Of a stretch of 64,000 bases of DNA, positions 1 to 8,832 are shown in pieces (position 1 is the first letter of the stretch; the number at the start of each line of letters is the position of its first letter). Source of the DNA: Candidatus Wolfebacteria bacterium GW2011_GWB1_47_1. GTDB lineage: Bacteria > Patescibacteriota > Minisyncoccia > UBA6257 > UBA9933. A program made the position numbers and the translations under genes. The stretch spans positions 484,970 to 548,969 of the forward strand of contig CP011209.1 of NCBI GenBank assembly GCA_001029635.1, given 5' to 3'. A model generated the notes under the pieces. That model searched no databases. It was not told the origin of the DNA and was given only the letters and a program-made list of their open reading frames with translations.

Positions 1-759
1 GACCTTATCCCGGCACTCCAGTACGAACTTGAGACGCTCGCCGCTAGCGAGGAGAAGATCCTTGAGGCGGGTGGCGACTCCGCCATGCAGGAGCGGATCC
101 GGTTTGGCCTGCTGATGGAGGAGATCAAGACGGCTCCCGCGACGAAGGAGGCTGCATCCGAACTGCTGCAGAGTTGTATCGACATGGGCCGCTTCCGGCT
201 TGCGATGGCGCAGGATGCCCCGAACTTCCGTACCGACAAGATCGGTGCCCAGAAGTTCGACGACCGCGTTTACATCCCCCTGCTTGACAGCCGGAAGGAC
301 TCCGGCCAGTACGCCCTTGAGGAGGAGCTGGGAAAGTACCTTGCCAAGGTTGGCGAGGTAATTGCCCTGGAAGCGAAAGCCCGATTGGAGGATACTCTGC
401 GGGCAGGAGACCCGCGACTCGACCGCATGGCCGACGGCATGGTCGGCACGTACGTGCTGCGCTTTCCTGAGCGCATCGCGAGCGGTAAGCCGGCACTCTC
501 CGCAGGCGTAGGTCTCGTATCCATCGAGAGTAAGATCAGAAGTGGTGGCGGCAAACTGACGATCATCAAGATCGTTTCCGGCGCTGGGCGCCTGTCCTGG
601 ATGGACGATTACCGGGGCTCCTGGATCTCATTCGGCTCGTTCAAGCGTGGGCTGTCCGATGCTAATCTCGAGGACGGGTTGCGTCTCATGTCGGACCGCT
701 TGATCCGTACACTCTCGGACGCCAGTAAGCTCTGGAATAAATCGTCCTACCGGCGGTAG
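1..759 (+). CDS. Hypothetical protein, 5'-truncated at the window edge (frame is open back to position 1). GC-rich relative to neighbours.
   Basis: Open frame from position 1 to the stop at 757-759. Codon and GC composition differs from the downstream secDF genes. No recognisable motif. Confidence 0.4.
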   Translation, partial: DLIPALQYELETLAASEEKILEAGGDSAMQERIRFGLLMEEIKTAPATKEAASELLQSCIDMGRFRLAMAQDAPNFRTDKIGAQKFDDRVYIPLLDSRKDSGQYALEEELGKYLAKVGEVIALEAKARLEDTLRAGDPRLDRMADGMVGTYVLRFPERIASGKPALSAGVGLVSIESKIRSGGGKLTIIKIVSGAGRLSWMDDYRGSWISFGSFKRGLSDANLEDGLRLMSDRLIRTLSDASKLWNKSSYRR

Positions 760-865
760 TGGGCAGGGTGTGGTTTGTGATCAATTTTAGGGAGGCTCTA
801 GAGCCTTCCTTTTTTACGTTCATTTTCTTGCGCCAAGCGGTTTTTTGTGATATATTTTTTGCATT

Positions 866-2107
866 GTGAAAAAACAAGCCAAACTTATCCTAACCGGTAT
901 TGCTGTTGTTGCCGTCCTGGCAGCACTGTTTGTTCTCCCAATATCGAAAAAACCGTTTGATTTCGGTGGAAAGGTAGCCCCATGGAGACTGGGGCTCGAT
1001 CTTGTCGGCGGATCGCATCTGGTCTATGAAGTCGACATGTCTAATGTCGAAGCAAAAGATCGTGATTCGGTCATGGGCGGCTTGAAGGATGTCATTGAGC
1101 GTCGCGTGAACTTGTTTGGTGTCAGTGAGCCGCAAGTCATTACCGCAAAGGAAGGCGATTCCCATCGTTTAATTGTCGAACTCGCGGGTGTTCCTGTTGA
1201 GGAAGCAATTAAGCAGATCGGAGAAACTCCGATGCTTGATTTTCGTGAGGTGATTGAGATTGGTACATCGACTGCGTTTTTACCAACTCAACTCACTGGA
1301 CGTTACTTGAAGAAGGCCCAAATGACCTTCGACCAGACGCTTGGTACGCCGAGCGTAAGTCTCGAATTTAATGAAGAAGGGGGAAAACTTTTTGAGGAAT
1401 TGACCGCACGCAACATCGGCAAGCCCGTTGCCATCTTTTTGGATGGTCAGCCGATTGAAGTCCCGACCGTACAGGAGAAGATTTCCGGCGGAACAGCTCA
1501 AATCACGGGTAAATTTACTTCCGATGAAGCACGCAAGATGGTAGAGCGCTTCAATGCGGGCGCTTTGTCGGCACCAATGAGTCTCATGAGTCAGCAGACC
1601 GTTGGCGCTAGTCTTGGTCAGGAGTCTTTGAAAAAGGCAATCGATGCGGGCATTTATGGAACGCTTATCATCGTCTTGTTTATGTTGGTTTATTATCGTG
1701 GATTTGGTCTCTATGCTTCGCTTGCGCTTGTCGTCTATATTCTATTGACCGCAGCACTCTTCAAGTTCGGAGTAACTATGACCTTAGCAGGTATTGCAGG
1801 ATATATTCTTTCTATTGGTATGGCCGTTGACGCGAACATTCTTATCTTTGAGCGGACTAAAGAGGAACTGAAGCGCGGACTCTCGCGTTCGGCAGCTATC
1901 GAAGAAGGGTTCCGTCGCGCATGGTCTTCTATCCGCGACTCAAACATCTCAACCGGTATTACGTGCTTGATCTTGTTCGTGACAACGTCGAGCTTTGTGA
2001 AGGGCTTTGCGCTGACGCTTGGTATTGGTGTTTTGGTGAGTATGTTTTCGGCGATTACCGTAACCCGTCTTTTGATGTATGTGTTTTCGACGAAGGAACA
2101 CAAGTAA
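866..2107 (+). CDS. secD: Protein translocase subunit SecD
   Basis: N-terminal TM helix, periplasmic domain with LDLVGGSHLVYEVD and C-terminal 6-TM block typical of SecD. Immediately followed by secF. Confidence 0.9.
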   Translation: MKKQAKLILTGIAVVAVLAALFVLPISKKPFDFGGKVAPWRLGLDLVGGSHLVYEVDMSNVEAKDRDSVMGGLKDVIERRVNLFGVSEPQVITAKEGDSHRLIVELAGVPVEEAIKQIGETPMLDFREVIEIGTSTAFLPTQLTGRYLKKAQMTFDQTLGTPSVSLEFNEEGGKLFEELTARNIGKPVAIFLDGQPIEVPTVQEKISGGTAQITGKFTSDEARKMVERFNAGALSAPMSLMSQQTVGASLGQESLKKAIDAGIYGTLIIVLFMLVYYRGFGLYASLALVVYILLTAALFKFGVTMTLAGIAGYILSIGMAVDANILIFERTKEELKRGLSRSAAIEEGFRRAWSSIRDSNISTGITCLILFVTTSSFVKGFALTLGIGVLVSMFSAITVTRLLMYVFSTKEHK

Positions 2108-2126
2108 TCTTATCTATCATCAAACT

Positions 2127-3026
2127 ATGAATATCATAAAATACAAGTCAGTGTTTCTCGGCATCTCCGCCCTGCTGGTCTTGGCGAGTGTCATTGCCCT
2201 TTCTACCCTCGGCTTGAAAATCGGCATCGATTTCAAGGGAGGGGCGATGTGGCAGGTAAAGCAGGTGTCCGGTGACGTTGCGATGAACGAAGGCACATTG
2301 AAGGATTTCCTCGGCACCACACTGGAAGACAAGAATTTTGTCATGTTCCCTGCGGATGACGGCAGTTATCTAATTCGCATGAGCGCCATTTCGGAAGCAA
2401 CGCATCAGCAGTATCTGCAGGATCTTCGTGCTACATTTGGAACTATCGAAGAGGGCCAGTTCCAGTCTATCGGAGCAACTATCGGCGATGAGCTTCGTGC
2501 GAAGTCACTTTGGGCTATTGTGTATGTTGTTCTTGGTATTTCATTGTACGTAACGTATGCTTTCCGTAAGGTTTCCTATCCAGTCAAGTCATGGAAATAC
2601 GGCGTAATCACCTTGATCACCTTATTGCACGATGTTATTGTGCCGGCAGGATTCTTCGCCGTTTTGGGCTGGAAGTTTGGCGTTGAGATTGACACGAACT
2701 TCATCGTCGCATTGCTCGTGGTTATGGGATTTTCGGTACACGACACTATTGTCGTATTCGACCGTATTCGGGAAAATGTGCTCAACCATGGGGGGAATAC
2801 CAAATTTGAGGATATTGTGAACAAGAGCGTCAATCAAACGTTTGCTCGATCTATTAATACCTCATTAACCGTATTGATCGTACTTATTGCCATGTATTTC
2901 TTCGGACCGGCAACCTTGCAGTACTTTATTCTTACCCTGATCATTGGAATTGCGATGGGAACTTATTCGTCGATCTTCGTCGCTAGCCCGCTCTTGACAA
3001 TATCGCGGAAATTAAGTAGAGTTTAA
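2127..3026 (+). CDS. secF: Protein translocase subunit SecF
   Basis: IGIDFKGGAMWQVK motif and C-terminal multi-TM region. Start moved to ATG 2127 (MNIIKYK) because the 2079 start overlaps the secD stop. Confidence 0.9.
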   Translation: MNIIKYKSVFLGISALLVLASVIALSTLGLKIGIDFKGGAMWQVKQVSGDVAMNEGTLKDFLGTTLEDKNFVMFPADDGSYLIRMSAISEATHQQYLQDLRATFGTIEEGQFQSIGATIGDELRAKSLWAIVYVVLGISLYVTYAFRKVSYPVKSWKYGVITLITLLHDVIVPAGFFAVLGWKFGVEIDTNFIVALLVVMGFSVHDTIVVFDRIRENVLNHGGNTKFEDIVNKSVNQTFARSINTSLTVLIVLIAMYFFGPATLQYFILTLIIGIAMGTYSSIFVASPLLTISRKLSRV

Positions 3027-3056
3027 TCACACTAATTTACAGTAGGTTTAATCACT

Positions 3057-4085
3057 ATGAAGAACGTAGGCACCATCATTGAACGCGTAACCCATTCCCT
3101 GTCCGCCCGCCAGCGAGAGATCGTTGAGGAGCGTTTTGGGCTCCGTGATAACGAAGAAAAGACCCTCCAGGAATTGGGAGAGCGTAATGGGATTACCCGT
3201 GAGCGCGTCCGCCAGATCGAAGCCGAGGGGCTTCGTTTGGCACGGGAGCATTTTGCTGAGAGCGATGGGCAACAACTTGTTGACCTAGCCAAGAATCGCC
3301 TCGTAACCATGGGCGGTATTCGCAAGGAGAAGGATTTTGTTGCCGATATGCAGACTATTCTCAAGGATGATTCGGTGAACCAGTGCCAGTTGCGATTCTT
3401 ATTCAAGATCGCCGGAGAACCGATGCACTACGGAGAGGATGACGAATTCTACAGCTTCTGGTGTAATGACAAGGCTACCATCAAGAAGGCGACTACTTTT
3501 ATTGAGAAAGCAGTCAAGTTCTTCGGAGGGAAGAAGGAGGAGCTTGTGTTTAAAGGACAGTTTGACCAGTATTTCACACAGCTTGTCGCAACGGCGTCGC
3601 TCGACGTGGCTATTGGCATGAACTACCTCGGTATTTCCAAGAAGTTTAGTAATAACCCATATTCCGATTTTGGTCTTTCCCATTGGGAAGAGATCGCACC
3701 GAAGACGGCGCGCGCAAAGGCCTACTTGATCCTGCGAAAGCATGGCAAGCCGATGCATTTTCGTGATATTGCCCATACGATCAATAACACCGGTTTCGAT
3801 AAAAAGCCGGTCTATGCACAGACTATCCATAATGAACTCATTAAGGACAATCGATTCGTATTAGTAGGACGCGGCATGTACGGTCTGACCGAGCATGGAT
3901 TCTTTCCGGGCACTGCGAAGGATGTCATTAGGCAGATTCTCGTTGACGGAGGACCGTTGGCACAACAGGAAGTTGTGAAAATGGTTTCGGCACAGCGATT
4001 TCTTAAAGAGAATACCATTCTGCTCAACTTGCAGAATAAAAAGCATTTCAAGCGATTAGATAATGGAACGTATCACGTTGCATAA
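3057..4085 (+). CDS. Sigma-70 region 4 domain protein with a C-terminal HARE-HTH-like winged-helix domain
   Basis: N-terminus ARQREIVEERFGL...TLQELGERNGITRERVRQIEAEGLRLAR matches the sigma region-4 HTH. C-terminus PMHFRDIAHTINNTGFDKKPVYAQTIHNELIKDNRFVLVGRGMYGL resembles a HARE-HTH. Architecture is common in CPR genomes. Confidence 0.6.
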   Translation: MKNVGTIIERVTHSLSARQREIVEERFGLRDNEEKTLQELGERNGITRERVRQIEAEGLRLAREHFAESDGQQLVDLAKNRLVTMGGIRKEKDFVADMQTILKDDSVNQCQLRFLFKIAGEPMHYGEDDEFYSFWCNDKATIKKATTFIEKAVKFFGGKKEELVFKGQFDQYFTQLVATASLDVAIGMNYLGISKKFSNNPYSDFGLSHWEEIAPKTARAKAYLILRKHGKPMHFRDIAHTINNTGFDKKPVYAQTIHNELIKDNRFVLVGRGMYGLTEHGFFPGTAKDVIRQILVDGGPLAQQEVVKMVSAQRFLKENTILLNLQNKKHFKRLDNGTYHVA

Positions 4086-4112
4086 CTAACCGACAACCAA
4101 TAACGGAATACA

Positions 4113-4141
4113 AAAAAGAGACGCACGCGTCTCTTTTTTGT
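4113..4141 (+). terminator. Rho-independent terminator (aaaaaagagacgcacgcgtctcttttttg)
   Basis: Perfect GC-containing hairpin followed by a T-run, directly after the stop of the 3057..4085 gene. Confidence 0.7.
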
Positions 4142-4173
4142 TGGGCTATTTTGCGATATACTGGGATAGATAC

Positions 4174-5520
4174 ATGGAGAACATTTTGAAATCATTATTT
4201 GGAGACCTGCCTGCGTCTCCTGTCATTGGTGATATTGTACTTGGCGTCTTGCGGAGTATTTTTGAGGTGTTCGGATATGTTTGGTGGATTGTTATTCCGC
4301 TTGCACTTGCATTTTATCAGTGGGATTTATGGGTTGATGGTAACAAAAGTGCCTTTAAAAAGAAAATTAAATGGGTTGTATTGGAGATGCGTATTCCTAA
4401 AGAAAACCTGCGCAGTCCTAAAGCTATGGAGCAGGTGTTTGCCACCTTGCACACGACCTATTCCGGGGAGATCAGCTGGTGGGATCAGAATATCAAAGGC
4501 AAGACCGAAGGAACTATGTCGTTTGAGATGGTCGGGCGCAGTGGCGGTGTGCATTTCTATATGCGCATCCCGGCTGATCATCGTAACCTCGTAGAGGCCG
4601 CGATCTTTGGTCAATATCCCAATGCCGAGCTTGCTATTGTGGATGATTATGTCGAATTGGTTCCGGCTTCGTTGCCGAACCAAGTTTATGATGTTTGGGG
4701 AACCGACCTTGTTCTCGATAAGGATAGCGCGTATCCGATTAAGACGTATTTGTATTTTGAGGAAAAGGAAGAAGAGCAGCGACTTGATCCCTTGACGGTC
4801 ATCTTGGAGACCATGTCGAAGTTACAAGGAGAGGAGACCATCTGGCTACAGTATGTTATCAAACCGACTGGGGAGAAGACAAATGAGTATAAAAAGAAGG
4901 GGCAGGCGATCGTGGACAAGATGTTGGGACGCGAAGTAAAGGCGGTCGTTGAGCTGGGCGTGTTTGATCATCTGATTATATTGTTCGAAAACTTTTTTAC
5001 GGCATTTATAACCGAACCGAAGTGGCCTGAACCTCCTAAAAAAGTAGAAACAAATCCAAAAACGATTTCCTCCTTAAGCTTCACAGAAAAGGAAGTGCTT
5101 GAAGGGATAGAGGGGAAGATATCAAAGCTGTGCTACGAAGTAAGTATTCGGATGATCTATATCGACCGACAGGAGCTGTTCAATAAATCCTATACCGGCG
5201 CGCTTATCGGTTCGTTCAAGCAATTTGGATCGCACCACATCAATTCATTCAAAGGAAATAAGGATACATCAATTGCGCCACCTAAGGGATTTAAGGCGTG
5301 GCTGTTTCCTAAGTGGAAGAGCCATCAGGAGTATCTCAAGAAGCGTTCTATGTATGATTCCTATAAGGGTCGTGGCATGATTAAGAAGGCGCCTGTGTTT
5401 TCCATTGAAGAGCTTGCAACATTGTATCACGTCCCAACCTCGTTAGTAGGCGCTCCGAGTATGCGCCGTATTGAAGCGAAGAAGGGTGAGCCACCGGAGA
5501 ATCTCCCAATAGAGATGTAG
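4174..5520 (+). CDS. Hypothetical membrane protein (N-terminal TM hairpin plus large soluble domain). Partner of the downstream T4CP-like ATPase.
   Basis: The ORF-track start 4138 is a TTG inside the terminator T-run. The first ATG is 4174 (MENILKS). Two N-terminal hydrophobic helices, then a domain with no known motif. Confidence 0.55.
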   Translation: MENILKSLFGDLPASPVIGDIVLGVLRSIFEVFGYVWWIVIPLALAFYQWDLWVDGNKSAFKKKIKWVVLEMRIPKENLRSPKAMEQVFATLHTTYSGEISWWDQNIKGKTEGTMSFEMVGRSGGVHFYMRIPADHRNLVEAAIFGQYPNAELAIVDDYVELVPASLPNQVYDVWGTDLVLDKDSAYPIKTYLYFEEKEEEQRLDPLTVILETMSKLQGEETIWLQYVIKPTGEKTNEYKKKGQAIVDKMLGREVKAVVELGVFDHLIILFENFFTAFITEPKWPEPPKKVETNPKTISSLSFTEKEVLEGIEGKISKLCYEVSIRMIYIDRQELFNKSYTGALIGSFKQFGSHHINSFKGNKDTSIAPPKGFKAWLFPKWKSHQEYLKKRSMYDSYKGRGMIKKAPVFSIEELATLYHVPTSLVGAPSMRRIEAKKGEPPENLPIEM

Positions 5521-5528
5521 ATAGGTGC

Positions 5529-5560
5529 ATTGTCATTCCCGCGGAGGCGGGAATGACAAT
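5529..5560. repeat. Perfect 14-bp-arm palindrome attgtcattcccgc-ggag-gcgggaatgacaat (REP-like unit, copy 1)
   Basis: Perfect inverted repeat immediately after the stop at 5520. The core GTCATTCCCGCG recurs at 49945 and, diverged, inside tsaD at 39798-39868. Confidence 0.7.
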
Positions 5561-5613
5561 ATCATTTTAAATAGATTCCTCAGTCGTCTGACAGATGGAA
5601 ATGACAAAAGATA

Positions 5614-7512
5614 ATGAATAATAAAGAAGTCTCAATTTTTGCAAAAACAAATTTTCGCAACCAAAGCGTTAATTTTGGCATCAAGTCAGCTGATCGGCTT
5701 CGTCATATGTATGTCGTCGGCAAGAGCGGTACTGGTAAGACGACCATGATGAAGAATCTGATGATCAATGACATCAAGAATGGCTTCGGTGTTGCCGTGC
5801 TCGATCCCCATGGAGAATTTGTCGAGGAATTGCTTAAGCATGTACCCGAGGATCGCATCAAAGATGTAATCTACGTCAATCCCGCCGATATTGATAACCC
5901 TGTCGGATTTAATCCACTCGAGCGTGTTGGAGAAGAACATGCCCACTTGGTCGCTTCGGCGGTTATGGGTGTATTCCAAAAGATCTGGGTTGATGCCTGG
6001 TCTGCGCGTATGGAGTATATTCTCAATAATACCCTGCTGGCCCTTTTGGAATATCCGGGCACGACGTTATTGAGTATTATGCGCATGCTTGCGGAAAAGG
6101 AATATCGCCAGAAGGTCGTTTCGAATCTTAAGGATCCGGTCATCAAATCATTCTGGGAGAACGAGTTCGCAAAATATACGGACAAGTTTATGACCGAGGC
6201 TATCGCTCCGCTCCAGAACAAGGTCGGACAATTTAGTTCCAATCCAGTCATCCGCAATATTATCGGACAACCAAAGTCTACCATCGACATGCGCAAGGCG
6301 ATGGATGAAGGAAAGATTCTCATATGCAACCTCTCACAAGGCCGACTCGGAGAAGATAACTCGGCATTGCTCGGAGCTATGATCATCACCAAGATCCAGT
6401 TGGCTGCCATGAGTCGTATTGATACTCCTGAAGCGGAACGTCGACCATTCTTTTTGTACATCGACGAGTTCCAAAACTTTTCCACAGGAGCGTTCACCAA
6501 AATATTTGCCGAAGCCCGTAAGTATGGACTCGGTCTTACGCTTGCCCATCAGTACGTTGAGCAGCTTAAAAAGGAGGAAGGTCTCGCCGAGGCGATCGTC
6601 GGAAACATTGGTACCTTGGTATTATTTCGTGTAGGGGCGATCGATGCCGTTTTCTTCGAAAAGGAATTTGAGCCTGAATTTACTCCAGCCGATATGATCG
6701 GCTTGTCAAACAGGCATATTTACCTTAAATTGTTGGTTGACGGTCAGGCGTCTCGGCCCTTTTCAGCAGAAACGTTGCCGCCATATCCAATTCCACAGCC
6801 GAATTTTGAGGATGTTATCATAGCAAATTCCCGCAGACTGTATTCGATGCCGAAACCGCTCGTGGATGAAATGATCGCCAAGGAATATATGGGTTCAGGC
6901 AAGACGTCTATGGAGGATAAGGTCATGCGAAGGGATGAGCGGTCATTGGGATCTACATTAATTCCTCGCGCGCAAGCACCGAGGTCCTTCGGCTCTGGTC
7001 AGGATAAATCCTTCGGCCACCAGCCGGCGGCTCAGAGTAGATCCTTCGGCTCTACTCAGGACAAGCCCCTTGGATCCGCTCAGGACAGGCAGGCATTTGG
7101 CAGAGACCAGGGTAGGTCAGCCGATTCTAGGCCTGTCGCTCATGCGCCTTCGTCGCGCCCTGTCGCGCCCATTAATCGATCTGATGATTCAGGTAAAAAA
7201 GCACCTTTTCATGATTCGACTGCCTTTGAGAAGGTTGTAACCGGTGCCCCTGTGCTCGTAAAACCTGAGGTGGATCGACCGAAACATGTTTATGAAAAGA
7301 AGCCGGTTAATATCGATGACCTAAAAAAAGCGATAGAGGAGACATTGCAAAAACGAAAAGAACCAGTTCTTACCGACAAGTATTTAGGTTCCGTTCAGGA
7401 CGGGCCGGTGCAGCGGCCAAGGAATATTGAGCGCGATACGCAACCCCCTCCTATCGCCTCTCATAGTGATGATAAAGCGGTTGCTGTGCCGGAGAAAGAA
7501 CAGCATACGTAA
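5614..7512 (+). CDS. P-loop ATPase of the TraG/TraD/VirD4 (type IV coupling protein) / FtsK-HerA superfamily, with a low-complexity C-terminal tail
   Basis: Walker A VVGKSGTGKTT, VLDPHGEF, Walker-B-like FFLYIDEFQNF. A conjugative-coupling-protein-like core over about 430 aa. C-terminal 200 aa are a disordered SFGS-QDK repeat tail (about 45-bp DNA period at 6960-7080). Confidence 0.55.
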   Translation: MNNKEVSIFAKTNFRNQSVNFGIKSADRLRHMYVVGKSGTGKTTMMKNLMINDIKNGFGVAVLDPHGEFVEELLKHVPEDRIKDVIYVNPADIDNPVGFNPLERVGEEHAHLVASAVMGVFQKIWVDAWSARMEYILNNTLLALLEYPGTTLLSIMRMLAEKEYRQKVVSNLKDPVIKSFWENEFAKYTDKFMTEAIAPLQNKVGQFSSNPVIRNIIGQPKSTIDMRKAMDEGKILICNLSQGRLGEDNSALLGAMIITKIQLAAMSRIDTPEAERRPFFLYIDEFQNFSTGAFTKIFAEARKYGLGLTLAHQYVEQLKKEEGLAEAIVGNIGTLVLFRVGAIDAVFFEKEFEPEFTPADMIGLSNRHIYLKLLVDGQASRPFSAETLPPYPIPQPNFEDVIIANSRRLYSMPKPLVDEMIAKEYMGSGKTSMEDKVMRRDERSLGSTLIPRAQAPRSFGSGQDKSFGHQPAAQSRSFGSTQDKPLGSAQDRQAFGRDQGRSADSRPVAHAPSSRPVAPINRSDDSGKKAPFHDSTAFEKVVTGAPVLVKPEVDRPKHVYEKKPVNIDDLKKAIEETLQKRKEPVLTDKYLGSVQDGPVQRPRNIERDTQPPPIASHSDDKAVAVPEKEQHT

Positions 7513-7558
7513 TTATTAATAAAAATAACTTAGTAAGGAGGGTGATCAATTTTGTAAA

Positions 7559-8158
7559 TTGATAACTCCGTTCGCAAACAAAATTGGCATGTTAGATATA
7601 AACGATCTTGAAAAAGGAAGTTCTATTATTATGGACGGTGACCCGTTCAGCGTACTTGAAATTTCTCATCAGCACGTCGGACGAGGAGGTTCGTCTGTAC
7701 AAACAAAATTGAAGAATTTGCGTACCGGACAGGTGCTATCGCGCAACTTTAAGCCGGCTGACGAATTCGAAGAGGCAGAAGTCGAGGAGCTGAAGTCAAA
7801 ATACCTCTACGCGACCAAAGGGGAATTTTGGTTTTCCGAACAGGCTAATCCCGGTAAACGATTTAGCTTGACTGAAGATATTGTGGGTGATCAAAAGGAT
7901 TATCTTAAAGCAGATATGGAAGTTATTGCTCTGATCTTCAATGAGAAGATCTTTGGTGTACGGTTGCCGATCAAGATGGAATACGTAGTTACCGAGGCCC
8001 CTCCCGCAATCAAGGGTAATACTGCCCAAGGTGGAACAAAGGTTGTTGTTATTGAATCGGGCGCGAAGGTCAACGTGCCGATGTTTATTAATGAGGGTGA
8101 TAGTATCCGCGTAAACACGCAGACCGGCGAATACGGCGAGCGTGTAGAAAAAGCATAA
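7559..8158 (+). CDS. efp: Elongation factor P
   Basis: MLDINDLEKG...GRGGSSVQTKLKNLRTG matches the EF-P KOW-like N-domain and the rest aligns to EF-P. Start uncertain: TTG 7559 lies 17 nt after the RBS taaggaggg, ATG 7589 has no RBS. Confidence 0.85.
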   Translation: MITPFANKIGMLDINDLEKGSSIIMDGDPFSVLEISHQHVGRGGSSVQTKLKNLRTGQVLSRNFKPADEFEEAEVEELKSKYLYATKGEFWFSEQANPGKRFSLTEDIVGDQKDYLKADMEVIALIFNEKIFGVRLPIKMEYVVTEAPPAIKGNTAQGGTKVVVIESGAKVNVPMFINEGDSIRVNTQTGEYGERVEKA

Positions 8159-8171
8159 TCACCATATATCC

Positions 8172-8792
8172 ATGCAAGCACTCATAGCCAGTACCTGGTT
8201 CACTTTCGTGTTTACGTGGTTTACTCCTGCGGTACTTTTTGTCGTTGCGGTTACTGCGTGTATCGCATATTACCGACCGCTGTCTGATGTTCGTCGTACG
8301 CGAATCTACACATCGCTTGCTATTGGTGTCGTGGTGTTTCGATTATTTGCCGCCGGATTAAAAACGGGTTTGCAATATTATACCTGGACACTTACGGATG
8401 TTTCTAAATTCATGCTGCCGCCACACCAAAGCATCGGTGTCTTATTGCAGTACGTCTGGACACATTTTTGGCTCAATGCGGTGATCGCGATCGGGGCTGC
8501 CTTGCTGTTTTATATCGTTTTGCGATTGTTGCGTTCCCATAACGAACGGTATTTCGAAGAAGGGGAGGTTGAGCTCGGATTTTTAATGGCGCTTGTCGTT
8601 GGATGGCCGTATTTCGTCTTTTTTGTCCCATCCGTTTTTTTACTGGTTATCTTCCTGAGTATCATCCGAGGAGTATTTTTACATAAACCGTATACCACAC
8701 TCGGGGTGCCCTTTTTTCTCGGTGCCGTTATTGCGTATGGGGTAACCTCCTTTATAATGGACGCATATGGCTTGGTGCAGTTTTCCATCTGA
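8172..8792 (+). CDS. Polytopic membrane protein, possibly prepilin-peptidase (A24)-like
   Basis: Five to six predicted TM helices. EEGEVELGFLMALVVGWPYFV is weakly reminiscent of the GGGDVKLLAALGAWLG region of A24 peptidases. No N-terminal zinc-finger or methyltransferase part. Confidence 0.3.
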   Translation: MQALIASTWFTFVFTWFTPAVLFVVAVTACIAYYRPLSDVRRTRIYTSLAIGVVVFRLFAAGLKTGLQYYTWTLTDVSKFMLPPHQSIGVLLQYVWTHFWLNAVIAIGAALLFYIVLRLLRSHNERYFEEGEVELGFLMALVVGWPYFVFFVPSVFLLVIFLSIIRGVFLHKPYTTLGVPFFLGAVIAYGVTSFIMDAYGLVQFSI

Positions 8793-8832
8793 GTCTTGCA
8801 ATTTCGCTTTAGTCTGATAGGCTTTCGGTGTT

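Noticed and set aside
125-569. Minus-strand ORFs (123 and 99 aa) inside the first GC-rich gene
   Set aside because: Typical antisense open frames of GC-rich coding DNA. The + frame is the only one open across the whole segment.
4138-4173. ORF-track start (TTG 4138) for the membrane protein
   Set aside because: Lies inside the T-run of the upstream terminator. The first ATG is 4174.
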